A stretch of DNA of 32,000 bases from assembly GCF_000175255.2 (NCBI RefSeq), contig NC_017262.1, forward strand, positions 900,001-932,000, read 5' to 3'. This DNA comes from Zymomonas mobilis subsp. mobilis ATCC 10988 (GTDB taxonomy: Bacteria; Pseudomonadota; Alphaproteobacteria; Sphingomonadales; Sphingomonadaceae). Under the pieces are notes generated by a model. That model worked only from the letters and a program-made list of their open reading frames with translations, ran no database searches and was not told the DNA's origin. Below, in pieces: positions 26,484-32,000 of the stretch (position 1 is the first letter of the stretch; the number at the start of each line of letters is the position of its first letter). The translations under genes were made by a program, and so were the position numbers.

Positions 26484-27509
26484 ATGCGCTTTCTTTCTGG
26501 TCTATCTTCTTTTTATAAAGCGCACCGGCTGCTGATAAATTTGTCGATTTGTTTGCCGCCGATGGCCCTGTTGTCTTTATCAATAGGGTCAACCCATATC
26601 GGTGTTATGGCTTTATGGCAGGCGGTGGCGGGAGTCGGTGACCCAACATCACGATTGATTTTAGGATTGTTACGTTTACCCCGCCTTTGTGTTGGTTTAG
26701 CTGTCGGCGCTATTTTGGGGATGGCGGGCGCGGTTAATCAGGGGTATTTGCGGAATCCTTTGGCTGACCCTTCTTTATTAGGTACCTCTAATGCCGCTGC
26801 TTTGGGGGCTGTTTTAGCTTTCTATTTTGGGTTTTCTGCCCGCTTTCCTATTTGTTTACCTCTTTTTGCCTTTATCGGTGCTTTGGCTGGGTTATTGCCT
26901 TTATTATGGTTTGTCCGCCGCCATAATGACCCACAAAGCCTTATCCTAGGGGGCGTAGCGATCGCAGCTTTTTCGGGAGCCTGTATTAGTCTTGCTTTGA
27001 ATTTATCGCCCAATCCCTTTGCCGCTATGGAAATTATGACATGGTTGATGGGGGCTATTACAGATCGAAGTTGGAACCATGTCTGGCTTCTTATTGCGCC
27101 GTTTTTTCTGTCTTTATTTTTGTTTAGGCGCACGGCACCCGCCCTTGATGCGTTGATCTTAGGGGATGACGTTGCTGCCAGTTTGGGATTTGATCTTGCT
27201 CGATTACGTTGGTTGATTATGGCCGCTTTGGCGATAGGGGTCGGGGGTGCTGTTGCGGTCAGCGGCGCAATCGGTTTTGTCGGCTTGATTGTGCCGCATA
27301 TTCTCCGCCCCTTTACTCGTCAGTTGCCTTCTGAATTGTTATGGCCTTCTGCTATTGGGGGCGCTTTATTAGTGACCTTGGCTGATATCCTTGTTCGTCT
27401 GTTACCGACACAGAATGAATTGCAACTGGGGGTCGTGACCGCTTTTATCGGAGTACCTATTTTTTTCCGGCAGGCCATAAAAGGCGTGGGAGCGATGAAA
27501 AGCCTATGA
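26484..27509 (+). CDS. FecCD-family ABC permease (iron-chelate / cobalamin / heme importer type)
   Basis: Polytopic ORF with the FecCD/BtuC-like pattern (...LRLPRLCVGLAVGAILGMAGAVNQGYLRNPLADPSLLG...GAIGFVGLIVPHILR...). I chose the ATG at 26484, downstream of GAGGAAGAGG, over the tracked ATG at 26463, which overlaps the previous gene. Confidence 0.88.
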   Translation: MRFLSGLSSFYKAHRLLINLSICLPPMALLSLSIGSTHIGVMALWQAVAGVGDPTSRLILGLLRLPRLCVGLAVGAILGMAGAVNQGYLRNPLADPSLLGTSNAAALGAVLAFYFGFSARFPICLPLFAFIGALAGLLPLLWFVRRHNDPQSLILGGVAIAAFSGACISLALNLSPNPFAAMEIMTWLMGAITDRSWNHVWLLIAPFFLSLFLFRRTAPALDALILGDDVAASLGFDLARLRWLIMAALAIGVGGAVAVSGAIGFVGLIVPHILRPFTRQLPSELLWPSAIGGALLVTLADILVRLLPTQNELQLGVVTAFIGVPIFFRQAIKGVGAMKSL

Positions 27510-28291
27510 TACATCTGGCTGCCGGCAATATTCTGTTTAAAACGGGTAGCCATCAGGCTGCCATCACCCTCCGTGGCAGTTGTTCCTTTGAGGGGGGTAT
27601 TCTGACCGGAATGATTGGTGCCAATGGCGCAGGTAAAACCACCTTTTTAAAAATATTGGCTGGCTTGCAATCTCCGGAAAGAGGGCAGGTTATTTTAAAT
27701 GACCGTCGCCTTGCTGATTTGTCGCCGCAGCAAAAAGCAGAGGCGATTGCCTATTTGCCCCAAGATCGCCGGATCCAATGGCCCGTGAAAGCATGCGATC
27801 TGATTGCGCTTGGTCGTTTACGCTATGGGCGGTCGTTAAACCGATTAAATCAGCAAGATAGCCATGCCATCGCCCATGCTGTTGAAACAACAAAAACGGG
27901 TGATTTACTTGATCGTTCTATGGATTCACTTTCTGGCGGTGAGCAGGCGCGTATCTTGTTAGCGCGGGCTTTAGCGGTTGATGCACCTATTTTATTAGCA
28001 GATGAGCCTTTGGCTGCCCTTGATCCCGGTTATGCCATGCAGATTATGGAAGTGTTATCACAAGAAGCCCAAAAGGGACGGATTGTTGTTGTTGCCTTGC
28101 ATGATTTGACCTTGGCAGCGCGCTATTGTGATCGGCTTCTTTTATGGCATCGGGGTGAAATCGTTGCTGACGGTAAACCCGAAACAGTTTTGACCCAAGA
28201 GTGGCTAGAGCAATGTTATCATATAAAAGCGATCAGCCAGAATTATAGGGGGCATTGGTTAGTCACCCCTTATGATCGGGTGGATTCCTGA
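27506..28291 (+). CDS. ABC transporter ATP-binding protein (FecE/BtuD/HmuV type)
   Basis: Walker A GANGAGKTT, signature LSGGEQ, Walker B LLADEP, H-loop ALHD. Its start overlaps the permease stop (ATGA). Confidence 0.9.
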   Translation: MIHLAAGNILFKTGSHQAAITLRGSCSFEGGILTGMIGANGAGKTTFLKILAGLQSPERGQVILNDRRLADLSPQQKAEAIAYLPQDRRIQWPVKACDLIALGRLRYGRSLNRLNQQDSHAIAHAVETTKTGDLLDRSMDSLSGGEQARILLARALAVDAPILLADEPLAALDPGYAMQIMEVLSQEAQKGRIVVVALHDLTLAARYCDRLLLWHRGEIVADGKPETVLTQEWLEQCYHIKAISQNYRGHWLVTPYDRVDS

Positions 28292-28516
28292 AATTAATTT
28301 TGGAGTTTACCTTAATTATATAAATTATCTTTAATCACAGCTTGTTTAATGCCGAAAAAATGTCCACTCTTATAAAAGGTAACAGGACAATTAAGTCAGT
28401 TATCGGCCTTTGATTATCTTAATTGGGGTGAAGATAGCAAAAGATTGCCGTTACATTCTTGCCGACTTGTTTCGGAGAGAAAAACGCTTCAGCACCAACG
28501 GGAGGGAGGACGTATC

Positions 28517-29065
28517 ATGAATTCCCCGAAGAAACCAGCTAATGGTGCCATGGCTCTGGTGGAAATGAAAGAGTTTGCGACCTTTCCGGCTGCAACTCAA
28601 CGCTATATTCGTCGTTCATTGGATATTGGTCTGAAACGCCATGACGTTTTAGAACGGTGGTCGCGGGATGTTATCGAAGCGGCCAGTATTCGGGCGCAGA
28701 CTCAAGTGTATCATCATTTGGATACGGTTCGTCATCACTTGCCGGATGACAATGGTTTGGAATCTTTGCAGCATTTCATGACGCCGCTGATTATTATGTC
28801 GGCTTTTGATTTGGGGCAGGATCGTCTGAACAGTTTCTCAGCCTATCGTTTTCTTTACGAAAGGCTGATTGGGGCGGCTGTGCGTCCTTGGTTACCATCA
28901 GCGTTTTGTGCATCGGCTGCTTTGCCGCATCTTCATCCTGAAAAGCGTCGTGCGCTTTTGCAGTCGATTAGTGAGGCTGCCGTGACGGCACCCGGATGGT
29001 CGAACCGTCCGCCTTGCTTTATTCCCGAATGGGTTGAAAAGGTGCAGCAGCATCTACCGAATTAG
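28517..29065 (+). CDS. Hypothetical protein, no recognisable domain
   Basis: 182-aa ORF starting at the ATG at 28517, which is preceded by GGAGGGAGGA. A good intrinsic terminator follows. There is no signal peptide, TM segment or motif I can assign. Confidence 0.6.
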   Translation: MNSPKKPANGAMALVEMKEFATFPAATQRYIRRSLDIGLKRHDVLERWSRDVIEAASIRAQTQVYHHLDTVRHHLPDDNGLESLQHFMTPLIIMSAFDLGQDRLNSFSAYRFLYERLIGAAVRPWLPSAFCASAALPHLHPEKRRALLQSISEAAVTAPGWSNRPPCFIPEWVEKVQQHLPN

Positions 29066-29086
29066 TGTTTTTGATATTTTGAGGAA

Positions 29087-29120
29087 AGCCTCCGAATGAC
29101 ACGGCGGCTTTTTTGTTTTT
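29087..29120 (+). terminator. Rho-independent terminator after the hypothetical gene
   Basis: AGCCTCCG-AATGACA-CGGCGGCT stem (one mismatch) followed by TTTTTTGTTTTT. Confidence 0.6.
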
Positions 29121-29143
29121 GAGTGTAATTTTAAAGAAATGGA

Positions 29144-29177
29144 AAGGCAGCCTCCTTTTGGAAAGAATGCTGCCCTT
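29144..29177 (-). terminator. Possible terminator after the TrmH-family gene
   Basis: On the minus strand, AAGGGCAGC...GCTGCCTTT encloses an inner CTTT/AAAG pairing and is followed by a T-rich tract (TTTCCATTTCTTTAAAATT). The large loop makes it weak. Confidence 0.35.
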
Positions 29178-29181
29178 GTGA

Positions 29182-29931
29182 TTAGTCTTGGCTATTGAGC
29201 TTTTCCGCTGCCGCATAAAGGGCGACAGCCACCGCATTCGAAACGTTCAGGCTCTCGATTTTAGAGCTGATCGGCAATTTCGCCAATTCATCGCAATGCG
29301 CTTCAGTATTCTGCCGCAAGCCTTCGCCTTCTGCTCCTAAGACTAACGCGGTTTTTCCGCTGCCTAAGGTTTGGGATAAGGTGGCTTCTGAATGACCCGT
29401 CAAACCAATACGCCAATAACCGGCTTCTGCAATTTCATCTAAAGCCCGCGCCAGATTGGTCACTCTGACCCAAGGAACGACTTCCAAAGCACCACTGGCT
29501 GCCCGTGCTAAAGCGCCGGATTCTGGCGGTGCATGGCGATCTTGTGTAATGATGCCGAGGGCATCAAAGGCCGCCGCCGAGCGTAGAATAGCCCCGACAT
29601 TATGGGGATCTGTCACTTGATCGAGAACTAGAAGCGGGCGTTTATCTGTTTCTGGCAAATCCAAAAGGTCAGCCAGCCAGATATCAGGAAGAGGATCAAC
29701 CTCGATAACAATGCCTTGATGCGGGGCATCATTAGGAACAAAACGACCCAGATCGGCAACGTCAGAAAGAGTGACCGGAATAGATTTATCAATATTATAG
29801 GGTGCCAAGGCTTCCCTTGTAGCCCATATCCGCCGGATATGGCGTTCTGGATTGTTGAGAGCCGCTTCAACCGCATGGCGTCCCCAAAAACGAGGATGAG
29901 AGGGGGAGGCCTTATTCCGGCTTCGAGCCAT
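29182..29931 (-). CDS. TrmH/SpoU-family RNA 2'-O-methyltransferase (RlmB-like, group 3)
   Basis: 249-aa ORF with an N-terminal substrate-binding region (FWGRHAVEAALNNPERHIRRIWAT) and SpoU methylase motifs (LVLDQVTDPHNVGAILRSAAAF..., ALVLGAEGEGLR, IPISSKIESLNVSNAVAVALY). Confidence 0.9.
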   Translation of the reverse strand: MARSRNKASPSHPRFWGRHAVEAALNNPERHIRRIWATREALAPYNIDKSIPVTLSDVADLGRFVPNDAPHQGIVIEVDPLPDIWLADLLDLPETDKRPLLVLDQVTDPHNVGAILRSAAAFDALGIITQDRHAPPESGALARAASGALEVVPWVRVTNLARALDEIAEAGYWRIGLTGHSEATLSQTLGSGKTALVLGAEGEGLRQNTEAHCDELAKLPISSKIESLNVSNAVAVALYAAAEKLNSQD

Positions 29932-30167
29932 AAATTTATTCCTTAATGCAAGTCTTGGGTTATCTTAGGCGATATTATCACTTTCGAGATAAATGCCTAT
30001 TTGAAAGCCGTCATATCGTTTCAGTTTACAGGATGTAAAATAGACAATCGTGATTTTGGGCACTTTTTTTCAGATAAATGAATAAAAAATAATTATTTTT
30101 CAAATATCAGCTTGACAAATGGTGATATTTTCGCCATTCAACCCCCTCAAATAAATTGCCTCCTTGT

Positions 30168-30254
30168 GGACAGGTGGCCGAGTGGTTAAAGGCAGCAGAC
30201 TGTAAATCTGCCGGGCTTCGCCCTACAATGGTTCGAATCCATTCCTGTCCACCA
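30168..30254 (+). tRNA. tRNA-Tyr (anticodon GTA), CCA encoded
   Basis: Manual fold: acceptor GGACAGG/CCTGTCC; D-arm GCC-GAGTGGTTAAA-GGC; anticodon stem GCAGA/TCTGC with loop CTGTAAA (GTA). It has a long variable arm (GGGC-TTC-GCCC), T-arm AATGG-TTCGAAT-CCATT, and A-CCA at the 3' end. Confidence 0.95.
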
Positions 30255-30280
30255 TCATTTACCCTTCCTTTGGTAAATGA
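30255..30280 (+). terminator. Hairpin directly after tRNA-Tyr (possible terminator or processing structure)
   Basis: 9-bp perfect stem TCATTTACC/GGTAAATGA with an 8-nt loop, starting at the first base after CCA. Only a TT follows, so it is not a canonical terminator. Confidence 0.35.
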
Positions 30281-30499
30281 TTAGGCCAATTTATCTCTTA
30301 TTCTAATCCTTAAAATTTCTAATAAAGTCTGGCCTAAACGGTCTAGATTGCTAGCTTAGTCGTGCAACTATCCTGAGCCTGTTTTTGGATATTTTTATTT
30401 ACCGATACCCCTAGAGGATAAGAGTATCCTTAGTTGTTAGGCTTTTTATTCAGTAGCTGTCTTTTCGAAGTTATATTGGGCTTTGAATTTGAAGTGCGC

Positions 30500-30886
30500 T
30501 TAGTCTTTATAAGCCGATTGCAAAGCGGCGGTATCTTCGAAGATTTTGTAGGAGATAATAAGATTATTTTCTATTTTGCACACCAGCGCCCATTCCGATT
30601 TGAATAATTTACCTGTCTTTTTGACTCTATGCTGCATGTAGCCATAGCCAAAAACATAATTTTCAGAGTCTGACCATTCGAAGCATTTGAAGTCTTCGGT
30701 ATCGAATAATCCTGATAGAATAGATAAAAATTTTATGACACCTTCATGGCCGTTATAGCGGCCATAGATTGGGACATCGCTGGGGCCTTGGGCTTCGAAG
30801 ACAGCATTTTCATGAACAAATTGCAATGCGCCTTGTATATCGCCTTTAAAAACATGGCTGAAGAATTTTTGAACAGGATTGCTCAT
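30500..30886 (-). CDS. SnoaL-like / NTF2-fold family protein
   Basis: 128-aa ORF with AAGGAA 6 nt upstream of its ATG. The sequence pattern (FFSHVFKGDIQGALQFVHENAVFEAQGP...IYGRYNGHEGVIKFLSIL...) is typical of SnoaL_2/NTF2-like small proteins. The gene is AT-richer than its neighbours. Confidence 0.7.
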   Translation of the reverse strand: MSNPVQKFFSHVFKGDIQGALQFVHENAVFEAQGPSDVPIYGRYNGHEGVIKFLSILSGLFDTEDFKCFEWSDSENYVFGYGYMQHRVKKTGKLFKSEWALVCKIENNLIISYKIFEDTAALQSAYKD

Positions 30887-30924
30887 GATGTTTCCTTTGT
30901 CCCGTTATAGAAAAAATCTTATCG

Positions 30925-30964
30925 AATAAAAAAGACCCGCCTTTCTTGGAAGAAAAACGGGTCT
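30925..30964 (-). terminator. Rho-independent terminator after the DegP-type protease gene
   Basis: AGACCCG...CGGGTCT outer stem with an inner TTTCTT/AAGAAA pairing (30933-30964). On the minus strand it is followed by TTTTTTATTCG. Confidence 0.6.
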
Positions 30965-30978
30965 CTTTATTAAAGATA

Positions 30979-32000
30979 TTATTTGTTTTTAGTCGGAGAC
31001 ATCAGCTTCAGTCCGGTGAAGAGCGGCGGATTATTACCACGCTGAACCAGAACAAGCACAGTATTGCGACCGGCGGCCTTTGTTGCATTGATAGCGGCGA
31101 CCGCATCCCCGATACTGGTTACCGGATGTTCATTCATAGACAGAATGACATCGCCACGGCGCAGACCTTTTTCTGCGGCATCGCTGGATTGATCGACATT
31201 CGATATCCAGAGGCCATGCGAATTCTGCGGAATGTTTAACCGGTTCGCTACTTCAGGAGTGACAGGCTCTAAGGTGATACCCAGTGCTGTCCGTGCTGAA
31301 TTGCGAGGGGTATTCTGGTTGCTGTCATCGTCGCTATCATCGTTATCTGGCACACCATTTGAAGCCAGTTGATCTTCTGGCGGGCGTTCTGCCAGAACCG
31401 CATAAAGCGTCATATGTTTGCCATTGCGGATAACTTCAATCGGAACTTTCGCACCGACGGGCTGGCTAGCCACCAGATAGCTAAGGGTATTATCTGGTGT
31501 AACGTCAATATTATTGACCTTAACCAGAACATCACCCTGACGAATACCGGCTTTAAATCCGGGGCCGCCGGGTTCTACCCGAACTACGATTTCACCGTGA
31601 TCTTTGGGTAAGCCTAGACCGGCTGCGATATCATCTGTCAGCACCTGTATGGCAATGCCCAGATAGCCATGACGGACTTTCTTGCCAGACCGCAATGTAT
31701 CAATCACAGGTTTGGCGATTTCTGCCGGAATCGCGAAACCAATACCGATATTGCCACCACTTGGCGCCCAAATCGCCGTGTTAATACCGATAACATTCCC
31801 GTTTACATCAAACATTGGCCCGCCGGAGTTGCCCTGATTGATGGCCGCATCCGTCTGGATGTAACGGTTATAAGGCCCTGAACCAACGCCACGATGCATA
31901 GCGGACACGATACCAGCGGTAACCGAGCCCCCAAAGCCAAAGGGATTACCGATCGCCAACACCCAATCGCCTACGCGGGTTCTGGTCGAATCCCCGAATT
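30979..32000 (-). CDS. DegP/HtrA-family periplasmic serine protease with two PDZ domains; N-terminus lies beyond the window end
   Basis: The frame stays open upstream of the tracked Met to the window edge (...[32 protein letters not shown]). The catalytic Ser motif GNSGGPMF is present, followed by two PDZ-like segments (...[17 protein letters not shown]..., ...[20 protein letters not shown]). Confidence 0.92.
   Translation of the reverse strand, partial: FGDSTRTRVGDWVLAIGNPFGFGGSVTAGIVSAMHRGVGSGPYNRYIQTDAAINQGNSGGPMFDVNGNVIGINTAIWAPSGGNIGIGFAIPAEIAKPVIDTLRSGKKVRHGYLGIAIQVLTDDIAAGLGLPKDHGEIVVRVEPGGPGFKAGIRQGDVLVKVNNIDVTPDNTLSYLVASQPVGAKVPIEVIRNGKHMTLYAVLAERPPEDQLASNGVPDNDDSDDDSNQNTPRNSARTALGITLEPVTPEVANRLNIPQNSHGLWISNVDQSSDAAEKGLRRGDVILSMNEHPVTSIGDAVAAINATKAAGRNTVLVLVQRGNNPPLFTGLKLMSPTKNK

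Noticed and set aside
30371-30380. 10-nt match (TCCTGAGCCT) to the IS terminal repeat, considered as a possible solo IR
   Set aside because: A single 10-mer match in 32 kb on two strands is only marginally unexpected. No further IS-like sequence flanks it. It is kept only as a side note in the tRNA-islet finding.
1-32000. CRISPR arrays, rRNA genes, tmRNA/SRP/6S/RNase P RNAs, integrons, prophage or defence-island gene sets
   Set aside because: I scanned both strands and all spacers by eye and found no regularly spaced direct repeats, no conserved cores of those RNAs, and no integrase, recombinase, reverse-transcriptase or phage structural genes. Apart from Mrr and the IS, the window looks like core genome.

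Overview
The window reads as mostly core chromosome of an alphaproteobacterium. The gene set (purH, metX-metW, polA, Suv3-like helicase-fdxA-carD, tRNA-Tyr, a DegP-type protease) and the very AT-rich intergenic spacers suggest a Sphingomonadales or Zymomonas-like genome; this taxonomic call is inference only. I support about 27 protein-coding genes, one tRNA, one complete IS5-family insertion sequence, one decayed pseudogene and several intrinsic-terminator hairpins. There are no CRISPR arrays, rRNA genes or long tandem repeats. I found no convincing multi-gene novel system such as a defence island, secretion system or biosynthetic cluster. The items most worth a second look are: (1) an unusually structured purH leader with nested, mutually exclusive helices and fragments resembling the ZTP (pfl) riboswitch, although it does not fit the canonical architecture; (2) a SAM-II-like motif set in the long metXW leader; (3) three secreted eukaryote-like repeat proteins (one ankyrin, two Sel1) around a solitary Mrr type IV restriction gene; (4) an IS5/IS427-group element with a -1 frameshift inserted at a CTAG site; (5) a VOC-family pseudogene missed by the ORF track; (6) an overlapping polA-flippase-FecCD-ATPase gene chain with no binding-protein gene; (7) a small AT-rich islet beside tRNA-Tyr. 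Function calls rest on motifs read from the translations and on recalled family knowledge. No database search was run.
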